Shown here in pieces: positions 14,164-27,544 of a stretch of 64,000 nucleotides of DNA (the stretch's first letter is position 1; each line of letters opens with the position of its first letter). Position numbers and translations under genes: made by a program. The stretch comes from Cercozoa sp. M6MM (taxonomy: Eukaryota > Protista > Endomyxa: Ascetosporea). Where the stretch lies: the NCBI GenBank assembly GCA_040357565.1, contig JBDODJ010000034.1; one strand, 5' to 3'. Below the pieces are notes generated by a model, which made no database searches, had not been told where the DNA came from, and saw only the letters and a program-made list of their open reading frames with translations.

Positions 14164-14673
14164 ATGTACAGCACTGTACAGTGGTATCGCACTGACAACG
14201 ACACATACGTAGATCAGTCGGCCGAAAGCAAGAGCATTCAGTGTCTTGGAGAAACGCAGCAGTGGCGACTTCTCGGCGCAGTGATAGGCACCACTTGCAT
14301 CGACCTGCGCGAGCTTGTCGAGCAGATTGTCACGCGGAACACGCACATTGCGAAAGTGGATGCACGAGTTGTCGACCTGCTCAGCAGTCGAGAGCTCCCA
14401 TAGGCACACAAAGAAACTCAAAAACAATCCCCAAGGCGAAAGGTACGGCATGCCAGCCGATCTTGGGCCCACAGTCGAGGTGCGTCACACCTTGCGCCGG
14501 GCGACCGTCGGTGCCGAACAGCGGTGCCACTGTTCACAATGCTATATACTCAAAGAGCACGCATCAGGAACACATCAAATCTACCAAACGCATGGACGCC
14601 CATGTCGTTGCACTTCACACCATCGACCACCACTTGACCTGAATTTAGACACGGTGTACTTTCTCCAAAAAGG

Positions 14674-14727
<54 letters not shown>

Positions 14728-15695
14728 ATGCAGAGTGCACCATCTGAGGCAGGCAGCATCAGACGCGCAAAGACAACGGTAACACTGCGCGAGCCAGTGA
14801 AGCTGTTGCCAATCCAGATCTTGCGTGCCGAGTCTGCATACGTAAGGGAGAGTGAAGTTCGATAACACACAACACAAAACCCAGTACCACTGGGAGTGTT
14901 AATGACGAACTCCTGCGTCGACGGATCGTAGCGCGCAGTCGTCTGCAAGGCGGCCACGTTAGACCCATGCGCCACCTCAGTCATGCAGAAGCAGCTACGC
15001 AAAGCACACATGCCAAAAAATACTCCACGTACGCCTCAAAAACAAAGGTTACTAGTACCCAATAATCTCGCAGGTATCCAACTTGTCCAAGAGATGCTCA
15101 TGCTTCGAAGTGCCGAGTACTGCCACACTCTGACCGAACAGCTCAAAGTGGATCGCCGACTTGGCCTGTGTCAAACACGAAAAGTTATCGCAACTACTAT
15201 CTTTTCGCCATACACACTTTCTAACAAAGGTACAGCAAGGCCAAAGTCGGCGCAGATGCTCGCGTACAAGGCAGCCAAAAAGGCCACCGGATCACGCTGC
15301 AACTGGCGTGCGCCAATACAGCCACTCGACACGAAACGGCGCCAAACTGCTTAAATGTCATCATATAAAACAAGTGTAATACCATGCGAAACCATACTAG
15401 AGTGGGTTTGCTACCAGAAGCTGCAGCATGACGCAACTTGTCGCGAGGGAGATCGGCAGGAACGCAGTCTGGTAAGGGGTACGTGAAGCTCCATAAAAGG
15501 GAAGAGTATGACACTGAAAGTACATTCGGGCTTGCTAAGCTCATTCACGGCACGAGTGGCTACCTTGTTGAAGTAGTCAGCCAGCTCATCCTACATTCAC
15601 AGGCGAGCCAATATGCAAAAGTGACAGACATACGGTTGAGGGAGCTTTACAGCACTCAGTTTGGCCAACTTGGCACGTGTCATTTCTGACGACAT
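13044..15695 (-). CDS. ACOX: Peroxisomal acyl-CoA oxidase (3' part interrupted by an assembly gap; last exon tentative)
   Basis: [70 protein letters not shown] and [13 protein letters not shown]. Confidence 0.92.
13238..13337. other. Assembly gap (100 N) next to a (CA)n tract
   Basis: Run of N inside the ACOX gene. Confidence 1.
14081..14160. repeat. (CA)n microsatellite in an ACOX intron (one of many intronic CA/TG tracts, e.g. 17170-17250, 28915-29017, 30025-30085, 30895-30956, 33726-33792, 40504-40567, 50018-50103, 60711-60771, 62451-62589)
   Basis: Seen directly in the sequence. Confidence 0.98.
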
Positions 15696-16185
15696 TGTCC
15701 TTGCTGTACCGATGTGTCCTGAAGCCACAACTGCACCAAAACTAAGTTTCAAGAAACCCCAAAAACCAGGCAACAAGCCGAAAAACCCAAAACGGGACTG
15801 CAACGAACAAAGCGAGAAAAACGGAGTACACGTAACAGTAGTTTATTTGGATTCTTGCACTGACACCCGATCAGTGGTGCTCTCAAACTCAGCAACTAGG
15901 CTCGTAGGAGAAACGAGGAAAAAACTGGTGTGGGCAGCGGGCCACGTGACCAGCGTTGCATCCGATCCCACATCACGCGACGTGGAAAGTCCTGTGTGTG
16001 TTGATCGGATCAACGGAGGCGAGAAGGGCAATAACAACAGAAACAAACCAACTGAATTGATCCGATCGGATCTCTGCCGCGTCTATCGCGTCGTGCCGCA
16101 TGAACACGGTCAGTAACCAACGGAACGACGTACGCGACGCGGAGGTAGTGAGCCGACCCGACGACGGTCGGACACGGAAGGGAGT

Positions 16186-17196
16186 TTAGTTGCGCTTGCG
16201 ACGCCGCTTAGTACCGGCACGCACGGTCTGTACCTTGCCCTTCTTGGCGGTGGGGGCGGCTTGCTTCTTTTTGTTGCCCTGTTTGCCGTTTGTCTTGCCC
16301 GTTTGCTTCTGCTTCTTGCTCTGCTGCTGGGCCGGCTTAGTCTTCTTGTTGGCGGTGCCGTCGGCCTTCTTTTGCCGCTTGGTCGCCGGCTCAGTTGTCG
16401 TCCTGATATCACCAAACACATCCAAGAAATATATCAAGAGACAGCCTGCATATCGATTTGAAAGAGAGCGAACTTGGGAGCAGCAGACTTCGGCGTGGGC
16501 TTGGGCTTGGGCTTGGGCTTGGGCATCTTCTTGCCTCCGAACGACAGACGCAGCTGCAGGCACGACACGCACATGAACAAACAAACGTCACAGAGGCAAG
16601 ATACCGATTCGCCAGTCTTGTAGCTCAAAGCCACTGGTTGGTCCCACTACAGGTCAAGAATCGCTTTTGGTCCGCGCGAAAGGACAAAGTGGGGGTTGGA
16701 CAATACCTGAGAGTTCGCAATCGCTTGCAGCTGTCGCTTGCAGGCGAAACCGGCTTCCTGTAAAGGCAAAAACAGTCTCGCTTAATCATCAAACAATTAG
16801 GCTTCAAATGAATGCGCGTGTACCTTCATAGCAGCCACGCGTTGCGACAAACGGAACTGCTGGAACGCGATCTTCTCTGACTCTGCTCTTGTTCCAAAAA
16901 GTATATGAATTACTCAGCTGTACTGTTGACCAGATATACTAATGGAACGCACCTTCGTCAGCAAAGTCGTCAATGACACTGCCCCCCGAGACCTAAGAAA
17001 ACCACAACACAAACCTAGATATAGACTAACGAAGAAACGAGAAGAGAAGAGCAGAGCAGAGAAACCTTGCGAGCGATTTGCTGCACATTGATAAGCGCTT
17101 GTTTCAGCGATTGCTGCGAGTGTTGCAGCAACTCCTTGCTGCGTACAAACACAGACACGCATTGTGCGTGCATGTGTGTATGTGTGTGTGTGTGCG

Positions 17197-17252
<56 letters not shown>

Positions 17253-19713
17253 GATTCCAACTGGACTGGACGAAAGCGGACAAAGAGGAAAAGTTACAAG
17301 TCGGTCTGCGCCTTGAGCACTTCCTCGGCATAGTCGCTCGGTTGGCCCGTGGCAACGAAAATACCGCAAAGTGGCTTCAGCGAGGTCGGTGACGCCGCCG
17401 CCATGCCTCGGAACATCTGCATCGACCATGCAGTCAGAATCGACACCAGAACACTCAGGAAAGAAATTAAATGAGTACAGCGAGAATGCGCTCGAACACT
17501 ACAATGTCGAGACCGACGTGCTCGTTCACCTGTCACAGATACAAAAGCATCTCCACAAAATACAACATTCACGTGACAGACACGAGTGAGTTACATTGAA
17601 GACATCGATTTCTGCCTCCTTATCTACAGCGGCCACTTCCTTCTGCACAGCGTTGTTTCGGATAATACCACACATACACATACACACACGCGCACGCACA
17701 CAGACACAGACACACAAACAGACACACAAACAGACACATACACAGACACAGACACATTCACAGACACATGTACACAAGTCTACCACCAGACTCCGCCAGA
17801 TCTGCATCACATGCGGCAGCAAGGTGCGTGCGTCAGCCGGTGTGATCTGCGTCACACGCGAGCACAGTGTGTAATAATGATACCACAACAACAAACTGGT
17901 GTACCAGGTGGATCATAGCCGGCGGCAGCAGTGTCGACACGCGTGCGGTGTCACTGTCGAAGGTGTCACTGTTCGCCAAAGTCGACAGCGGCTGCAGCAG
18001 CGAGGAAAACAGCGATCTGGCCGCAGAGTGCGAAACCTGTCGAGACACAACTATCACGGGCAAAAGGGTACAAGTATATGACAGGGAATATGGAATAGAG
18101 TACATGGAATAGGGTGTACGTTATAGGGTAGAGGAAATATGGAATAGGGTACATGTATAGGGTACATTGTAAGGATACATGGAATATGGAATAGGGCATC
18201 TGAAGGGCATATGTTATCGGGTAGATGTATTCAAAAAAGAGAGACTATAGGAGGATGAAGACAAAGGAGATCAACGTACTGCGTTGGGGAGACGACGCAG
18301 CAGCTGTAACAAAACCACCGTGTCACGCACACCAGTTCGCGAAGACGCCGACGACGACGCACTGAGATTCAGTCGCTTCTGCAGCAGCGACAAAAGCGGC
18401 GACGGGTCCTCTTGAAGCGCCTGCAGCAGAAGCGATCAACAGTGCCCGTAGAACACGACAAAACCGATTGAAATCTACCGTTCGCACAGAATAAACAGAG
18501 ACGTAACAACGCAGCAGATCAACGAAACTCTGATCCGTGAGCACGTCACTGCAACAAACAAACCTGTTTCCAACATGCCAGGAAGACAATAAAAGCTGCC
18601 GGGAACCCAGACGAGGCGGTGGAAAGCAGCAAATCCGCGATGCGCTGTTGTCTCTGAAGATCAGCAAAAAAGGAAAAGGTTAATACGGAAGAGGCAGGTT
18701 TCGCACAGTTCGCGTCACCTCGGAAGTCTCTGCATCCGCCGGTTCAGTGGTCATTGCCTTCTTGTGCTCGGGTCGCTGCCACACGCGATGGAAGAAGGAG
18801 AGCGACGATGTGCGCAGCGACGGCGGTGTCGCAGCGGCGGCCACGCGCGTCAAGATTCCACTCAGCACTGCATGACAATCCAGGCAGTGAACTGTGTACA
18901 GACTCCCACGTGCAGACAGTACCAGCATCACAGAATTTCGGTCCTGCTTCGATGGTGCCATTGAGTGCACGTACTACACCACACGAAAATTACCCCTCGC
19001 TTTGAAACGTGACATTGGGAGAAACACAGCGAGGTATACGAATAACTTGGCGCTCCATTCCGTCGGCACTTGCCAGCAGTTGCGACAGTACCTAGGCACA
19101 AGAGTCTCCTCGCACTACGCAAAGATAATGCACAAGCTTACATCACAGATGGGTCCAGCGAATGCCTCCTGTGTCTTGGCGATTGCACCCAGTGATTGGA
19201 CCGACTCGGAACGCACCATCTGCGACGGGTCCTCCACTGCGCAGAAGCGACACACTTTTTCGTACTCAGAGACCTTTGGACCAGAGGGAACGCACCCAAA
19301 TCAAACAGCAGGTTCAGCAGCTTCTTCTGCTCTGCCGCACTCGCCATCAGAAACAGCTTCGCCGTCAGTCGCCTGCACGTACAAACAGCAGCAATTCACA
19401 GGCATCATAGAAAGCAACAGAAGCGTAGATTTCACAACGCACGAAGCGAGTTGGCGCACATTATCGATGGTGCTCTAAACCCCACAAACACCAATCAAGA
19501 ATGATGCGAGAATTCATTCCGACTGACAGACAGACTACCTTGCCAGCGGCCTTGACCTCCTTGGATGCAGCACGAACCTTCTGAGTTTGCACAAACACAC
19601 GACCCGTGACGCTGGGGAGGGGGTAGAACGCAGGAAAAACACACAGCCTTGTCCGAGGCAGTCAGTGACGGCAGGTTCCCCTGGATTTCCAAAAGCGTAT
19701 CCAGCGACGACAT
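16186..19713 (-). CDS. API5: Apoptosis inhibitor 5 (API5)-like HEAT/ARM protein with a Lys-rich tail
   Basis: N-terminal RLTAKLF...LNLLFDLVEDPSQMVRSESVQSL...ICDVLSQLLASAD resembles API5 (RLAAQFI...AQLDLCEDEDVSIRRQAIKEL...VADILTQLLQTDD). C-terminal LRLSF is followed by a basic NLS-like tail KRRRKRN. Confidence 0.6.
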
Positions 19714-20145
19714 TCGAACACCCTGACTAGTAACACGAAGTTGCACACCTTCGTTCTAGGAACGGCTAAGGTCCACACAAATTGCAAATGGAGCGCCGGT
19801 TTTATAACTAAAATTAAGGGCATTGTCGTGGACCTCCTCGAGCCACAAGACAAACCCTCTCATAAACTGGAATGTAAGATGGTGCCTCGTGAGTTTGAAG
19901 CCGGAAGCCTCCAACTGGGATAGGTGTTGAGCACAAGACCGTCAAGGATCGGAAGGCAGGGGAACTAAACTTACATAGTTGGTTTCTTTTTTAGACTGAA
20001 CTAAATATGGCTGCATGTTCACGGCTCACAGATCAGCAGCATTGTTAAAGTCGAAAACGTTGTCACGTACGGGCACCTCGACCGGGGTGCTGCACATGAA
20101 ACGACAAAACACACAAACTCAAACTCGCAAGATGGCCGAGAATAT

Positions 20146-21718
20146 TTACAGCTGTGGCGTCAACAAAGGCGCGCTCAAAACAGCCGCGTCCAATCGCTTG
20201 CGCTCGCGGTCCGTCCTCGCGATAGGTGTCGTAGGTGCTCTAAAGACTTTAAAACCACATGGGAAATTCCGAAACTGTTTTGCACTCGTTCTTTGTATTT
20301 TAGTGATAGGGGCAGCTCGGAATGTCAGGGTACCGTTCGGTGTAATGTCAAAGGAAGCACAGACGACGATCGTTGCGACGAGGGCGTCGAGAGTGTAGTG
20401 TCGGCGAGTTAGTGCTACGAGAAAAGCACAGAGCAGGCCACAAGACAGCGCCAACGTTCGGCATATCATTAACTCTCTTCTTGATACTCGCAATTCACTG
20501 AATATTCATTCACACAGAACAAGCAATTTTTTGTTTTTTTATTTTGTTTTGCGTATACCGTTGCTGTTGTTTCAATAGGTGCAGAACCAGCACTGCAGAA
20601 GAAAGACTGGAGAAAGCATGCCCCGAGAATACAAGGTCGCCACAAGTCCAGTGGTTTGTGTTGAGCAAAAACCAAACAAGCCACCGTCCAAAGGAAGCCG
20701 TCCGGCCGGGCAATGGGGTGTCTCGGAGCCAGTCGGCTTGACTAAAGTCACACATGCTCAGTTCAATCGCCAAGGGAAAATTGGCACTGATGCAGTACTA
20801 ATCTACCAGTCAGGATCGGGAAGTGTAGTAGTCGCATAAATCACTGGTCTTAGCGCATGCCATGCACCCCAGAACAAGAAGATGCGAAGCAGCATTTCGG
20901 CACCTGGCAGTACAAAAAGTACGCAACCCCGTCGCCTCATTTTTGATTATCTTAGTTTGATATCAGTATTTGTACATCGAGTGTCGTGCGGTGGAAAATC
21001 GTAGGATGACCGATCTGACACCCGCTCGCCTTCGGGGCCTGAATCCGAAATTGATATTCACAGACCCACTGCCATGAGCGGTACCTGAATCCGAAAGGGA
21101 GACGTAGTCGGGCGGAAACTGCAGCTGCGGAGGATCGCCTTCCACTTCGTGCGGCTGGCAGCGCGTGCACCTGGTCGTCCAATTTACAAGTTTTAATGCA
21201 CAACACGATTGTTTTCAAATTTAAGTACTGTGCGGCATGCGCATGTAAATTTACCCCCGATGCCCCATGCAGTAGCAGACGTAGAACAACACGACCAAAG
21301 GTAGCAAATGCGATGTTTCAACAATGATGGCGGTAGGCACACTGCGTGCCACGTCCGGTGAGATTCCTATGGTTGAAGCCAAGGAATGTGAGATGTCATT
21401 GAGTGGAGTCAGTTTTCCTTGCTCCCAGGCCTCTGGGCTGTCGTACCATAGCTACAGTACCAAGAGAGTAATCACGGGAACCGATGATGTTTTTGCGCTA
21501 AACTTGGTGTACACTGGCTTGCTGCATATGTGCTAGCTGTCGGCCCAGAAATGCAACGTAGAAGCACGCGAGCACCACACAAAAACGTCGCCATTCAGAG
21601 CCAAAGTACTTCAGTTGAGCGATTGCGTGCGAGTGCCTAAATTACAAACACTCAGCACTTTGTTCGTTCGTTCTAATTTCGTTTGTTCTTACTTTAGCCG
21701 CGTCCACAGCTTGACCAT
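20146..21718 (-). CDS. Sphingomyelin synthase / IPC synthase family (PAP2_C) protein
   Basis: D1-like PLNDI, D2-like LRPVIYATTTLPDP, D3 CGDLVFSGH and D4 RRHYTLD catalytic motifs. The exact stop is uncertain. Confidence 0.85.
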
Positions 21719-22338
21719 CGTTCTGAATGCTTACCCAGGCTTCAATTGATCTTGAGTAAGAGTTTCCGATGGCAATTGTCGACAAGGAGAACTGAACTGG
21801 GACCGGAAAACTGCGAGTTTGCAGAAACGCGAGCGAAACGCAGGTGCTTCGGTGTTTTTTAAATCCGTTCGAGCATCTATTTAGTTCGGACACTGCGACG
21901 CCACGAGATCTGCAAACTGAGTAGTTAAAATCCCAAACATGCGTAGCATATCTAGCACGCAGCTAATAAAGTTACTTGCATATGGAAAGAGTCGTCAAAT
22001 ACTGAAACTGATATACGCTGTGGTAAAGATCACATTCAATTAAGGGTGCGGAACCTGCGGATCTTCCAAGTTGCTGGGACCTCGTTCGTGCGTTTGTGCA
22101 GCGGTCCTGTATAGTGACGCAGTTAACGTAGTGGCAGGTATCTCCGGATATAGGACCGGACGAACTCAGTGTGGTTTTTTGTTTGTGTACTTCTGCCGCA
22201 CTGTCCGCGTTAATGAGTGCGGACAATCTTTTCTGGGCTTTCTTGTGGTGAGTGTGAGACTGTGACACTTTTGCCGCGTTTAGAAATCTCCAGTGACCCC
22301 ACATCGCGACACTTTCGGAAACTGCAAGGGAGACAAAT

Positions 22339-24509
22339 ATGTCGGTGGAACAGCAGGTAGCGCCGCCGGTGCCGATGATGGACGATGACGGCAACGCCGG
22401 CGAGCCCGTGCTTGACAATGCCAACGAAAACGAGAACGAAAACAGCGTCGAAACAAGCGCTTCGGGTTCGTTCTGGTCACGTTATTTTGGTTGGATGTAC
22501 GAGTTATTACCACTCGGCGTGTTTTGTTCACTCATGCAGACAAATCGGACGAGGAGCTTCTTGCCGGCCTCGGCGATGACGGCGAGGAGGTGCGTGTGTC
22601 TAACTCTGACCGTTTTTCTGACGCTGACCAGGCTTGATCCTGCCCTGGCTGACCCTGGCCCTGACCCTGACCCCGATTTGAGTGACGCAGGAGAAGATGA
22701 CGGAGCAGATGCAGCGAAAGTTCAACGAGTTCCTTCAGGAGCATCCTGACCTCAAAAAGGAGGTGCTTTCTCTGTCTACAAGGCACTACACTGTATCTGT
22801 ATGTATATGTGTGTGTTTTGTGCAGGATTTTTTGCTGTTCCACCGTGCGCGTGTCTACCTGCATGTACTCTGCCTCCGTCCCTTCTACCACAGTGCTTGT
22901 ACGACGCACGTGTGTGTTTGTTACACTAGGCCATGCCAGGCGAGCTGCTGGGACGTGTCAAGTTGCTGTCAGTACCTTTCTCTCTATCGACATACTTGTT
23001 CATGTGCTGACGTAATGGGGTGCATTATGTTGGTGTGTGGTAGGTGCGTGATGCCATCCCTCCTGCCTACATCGACAAGGAGCTCGTAAATCTGTCTCTG
23101 TATCCTGTCTTGACCTTGATCGTACCTCTTTGTCTCTACACAGGGTCTGCCACCTGGCAGCACGGACAAGCTGCTGCTGCGACAGAAGTACGAAAACTGG
23201 CCGCTGCACCTGCGGCAGTTGTGTCTGTTCGCCTACCAGGTACCTGTATACCCGGTGAGTGCCACAGTTGGTACCTGTGTAGCACCGCTTGTTCTTTGTA
23301 CAGACGGACGAGATGTTCGCCAAGCACGTGCGACAGCGCATGCGCTCGGTGCAGGCTGTGACGTCGCGCCGCATCGCCGATGCGCTTCATGTGCCCCACG
23401 AGGTTCTTGTTAAGTGGTATGCCTACATGCCTTTGTTTAATAGTCTCCTTTTCCTCCATTGCTATTGTTGAAGGCTGCGTTGCGAGCTGGGGCTTGCCGA
23501 ACGTTCCCTGTAAGTTGTGTACTTACCGCAACTTGCCCCCTACCCGTTTCCTCTCCATTGAGCAGACTGGACCGACACATTCTGAGCAAGTTTCCAAACA
23601 TGACGCGTTCGCGACCTGTACACTTTGTTGCTACCTGTCGGTGGACTGACTTATTATGAACATGCCTGTTTGTGCAGGTACCCGGTTCTGTCCAAGGTGA
23701 CACTGACGACAACCGCTCGCGCATCTCGAAGGTGAAACATTGGCTTAGTGTCGAGGGAAGGACTGTGTAACGATGAGTAGTAACTATGAGTATGTATACA
23801 CACGCAGGTGGCCGAGGCCGTCACGGGCGCCAAGCGCTCGCGCGACAGTGCAGACAACAGCAACGACGACACTACGACCGCCGAGAGTGGCGCACCTCCC
23901 GAGCCTCTGGTATGCACTACTGTATGCACGGAGGTGTTGGTCCATCTGTATCGTTGTAGCCGCTGGTATCACGCGAGGATGCAGAGGCTATCGTTGGCAC
24001 CACAGGTACCCACACCCCGTCCTGCTGGGTCTTCTTCCTGAATGATAATGACGCGCGTACTGTACAGGCCGTGGCGCCATCCGCCCGTCGTTCAAGCGCA
24101 TGCGACTGTCGGACTCGCAGATCGCACGCATGGAGATCCAACAGGTACATTGCGGCCGCAGGCATCCATTGCTATTCCCGAGGTATATGTATTCCTTGCA
24201 CGTATGAAGGAGATCGACAAGCAGCGACAGGTTTTGGGCGAACTCGGTACGTTTGAGTGGCATGCTGACCCTGTGTCCACTGTACTAACTGTCTGAACAG
24301 GTGACCCAACGCGACAGCGCGTTCTGCTAGTTCAGTCGCGCGTCAACTTTGAGAACATTGTGCACTTGCTGGTATCTTGTGCTTTAAGATGAACATGCGG
24401 CTGCATGTGTACATGCTGGCGTGTGTCTCTTGAACAGGAGAGCGGCCGCTACACGGAGGCACTCGAGGTGGCTCTCACGTCGGCGCTTCTGCTGTCGACG
24501 CGCTTCTGA
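22339..24509 (+). CDS. Hypothetical protein (acidic N-terminus, multi-exon)
   Basis: A consistent chain of GT-AG exons runs from MSVEQQVAPP... to ...EALEVALTSALLLSTRF*. No family recognised. Confidence 0.6.
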
Positions 24510-25075
24510 TGCAATGGGATGCTATGCTACGACCAGGCTCACACACGCGACAAACTAAAGCCAAATCAACTGCGCTGCCGCAACCTCAACTCGACTCCGG
24601 ATCGGATCGTGTCGGACGGACTGACTGGATATATTTTGGTTTGCCAGCGCATTTGAGTTCTCGTTCCGTTCTATTGTGTGGCATCTTAGCGCACGTCGCG
24701 TATAGTACCGTACGGTACGCACCCGACCTGCCAGTGCCCTAGACGAGAATACAGTTCGAATCCATCGGTCATTCGGGCCATCTGGCCATCTCAGCGCAGC
24801 GCCAGCTGCAGGCTGACCGTGAAACGACAGTTTCAAAGTCTGTGACACTCTACACGTACGTGTCTCACTGCAACGCACTGATTCGACTAGGGAATTCGGG
24901 TCGACTCGACTCGGAAAGACGTGGCGCGGCCAATCATCAGGTCGGACTTTACGCAGGTGCATGGACTGGAGCGTCGTGCCGCCTTCGGGCTATTGGGTAT
25001 ACGTCGGAGCGAAGACTCGTAGGTCTCGATTAACTTTCAGTTCGCTGAGTACAATACCTACAAAAGTCGCCAAGA

Positions 25076-27336
25076 ATGAAACTGCTTGCAGCCGCATTGC
25101 TGGGTTGCTGTCTTTTACGTCTTTCATTTTCTTAACTGAGGCTTCCCTACCGTTTTTCAACGTAGCGCTCGCAAGTGTTTTCGGCACTGACAGTCCACGT
25201 CGTGGTGACACCTTACGCAGCGATATGACGCTAGACAGTAGCCTTGATCTTTGCAATCTCGAAGAAGAACAAATATGTATCAGTATCGACGGACAATTTC
25301 AATCAATATACTTTTTTTATTTCTGACAGACACGATGCGCCACAACGATGTTGCTCGCGTGCAACTGTGGCAAGCATTACGCGCTGTGGGTGTGAATCGC
25401 GAGAAGCTACTTTTCAGGTATCGCCATCATGCATTTCTTGAACTCGCATCGTTCTGCAAGAACTGTAATCACCTCTCCAGTCTCCGATCTGTGCGAGAAG
25501 ATGCACCGACGCCCTATATGAACGTGGCCGTAACCAAGATGGACGCTCAGGGATTTATGTCTCCTGCAGGAAGTGACATCGCCGACCAATTTCTCCATTG
25601 GCTGCAGGGCGATTCTGCAACGTAATACTTCTTTTTTGCAGTCAGGTACAGTTGTCTGGCGATTTGTGCTGTTCGTCCGTAGCTCTCCAGAAGTAGAATA
25701 CGCGGGGGACACTCTGTCTGAATCGGATGAAGACGCGCCTATCGCTACTACAAGTGCTTCTAAGCCTGTACTTTCCAAAAGTAAGCGGTGCAGCAGAGTG
25801 TGAGTATCCCTGGTCGCCAATACCCAGGTAACCACGTCTTCGGTCCGCTCGTTGGCTCGCAAGATTAGCGAAATCCGCTCTAAATCGCGTGGTAAATTTG
25901 CTACCCTCCAGTGGGTTGGGCAAATTGTAACCCTGCCAACTTGAAGGTACGTTCTGCAGGGCAAAGCTCGAGTAAGCGTGTCAGCAGCAGCACATTGCAG
26001 AAGGCCTCGCGAGATATGCGACAGCAGCACATGAACGCTGCCTCGGGCATTGTCGGAGACTGGCGTACCATGGGTTTCTGACAGTGCCGTGGATTTTATG
26101 ACGTGTATCTGTTCATGTTCGCACAGGCATGTGGCAGTATCTGTAAGGCAAAAATAACCTGTCTGCAGATTCAAGAAAGCGTACACATTTCGTCATAGAT
26201 GGCAGCCGGTGGACAACTCCTTCTCGTTGATTTTCGCCTTACAGGTGCTTTTGCCCTTGTTCGCTTTCCGTCTTGAACTCACTGCGACTTACCCAGCTGC
26301 CGCATTGGACACTACCTGCCCCATTGCTGGAGGTCACGGGAGCGTCCAAGTTTCGCTTCGTGAACGGCGAGGTACATACCAAAGAAACACTGTGCAAGAC
26401 CGAAGCCCTACACATATCGAATGTCGACGCCTTCCTTAGGACCTCCGAGTTGGACAAGGAGATTCCCCGCCACGTGAGAAGCCAGGCACAGTTCGGTACA
26501 ATGACGAAGGCGTGCGCTTTGTTTTAACGGCCATCTTCACACACGCGCTCAGGTACTTTTAAGTTTAAGTCGTTCGCACAGTGGTTGTTGACTTTACGTC
26601 AGCACGTGAATTTACAGCACACCAGTAACTACGGATGTTGGAACTGAGGTACAAAAATCTACGATATCTCAACACGAAGGCATGATTCATATACACACCG
26701 CAGCAAGGACTCAGCTGGCCGGAACTCGTGTTGGACTCGGCCTTTGGCCAGACCGTTGTAAGTTGATTTTACGAGCTTATTTACTGCGGCTTGTAGTATT
26801 TGTATCATATTATATCTAGTATGCAATTGTGTGTAGAATACTCAAACACCCACAGCAAACCGCCAATTGAGCAAAGCACTCCTAGGCATGGTCACAGGTG
26901 TCGACTTTTTTAACGACTGTGCTGCGCACGTGTTGCAGGTGCCCATTGCTTGCTCCCCATTCAGCTCTGTTTTAAATTTACAACAAGTGCTGCTGGGCTA
27001 TTGCAGGCACTGTTCGCCCCCGCCGCGAAATTAGGTGAGTCTAAATAGTATTAGGTATTTAAATCTATATTTGTCACGGTCGGTTTGTGCGCAGTTGACA
27101 CGACACTAGAAAGTGCTACGTCGCACGCCCACTTTGCCGAAGTATCAATCCAAGGCATCTCGGTGCTTGTGGTTAAGCTAAAGCAGGTCGACGCCGCCAG
27201 TTCGCGTACAAAGACATTTGTAAATCCGTCTCAAGTTGACGATTTATTTGAGAGCACTACAGAGGAACCGGACGTGGCGAAGGTGAACTTCCGCGTCGGC
27301 GAGCAGCTCTTCCTTGCAATGCAGCGAAATGAATAA
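25076..27336 (+). CDS. Hypothetical secreted protein (one junction near 26060-26170 unresolved)
   Basis: Spliced start MKLLAAALLALASVFG looks like a signal peptide. Exons are joinable in frame to ...GEQLFLAMQRNE*. Confidence 0.5.
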
Positions 27337-27544
27337 GCGACGCACAGCCAAGTCGACTGTGTTAGCAGGTGTGTAGTTCGGCTGGGAATTTGAGTTGAAG
27401 GGATACATTAAGATTGCGGGTGCGCATGCCGGCAACTTGCGAGTGAACTCGCCTAAGTACCGTCGCGTACTGTACATGGACGTAAATAAAACGTCAAGTA
27501 CCGTACGTCGCATAGATACAAGCAACGCAACACTTCGCGTCGCT

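Noticed and set aside
13814-14212. ORFs with poly-HT / poly-CV runs throughout the ORF track
   Set aside because: They are translations of intronic (CA)n/(TG)n microsatellites, not proteins.
25407-26186. 259-aa minus-strand ORF as a gene or transposase
   Set aside because: No recognisable motifs, and it overlaps a better-supported spliced plus-strand gene with a signal peptide.
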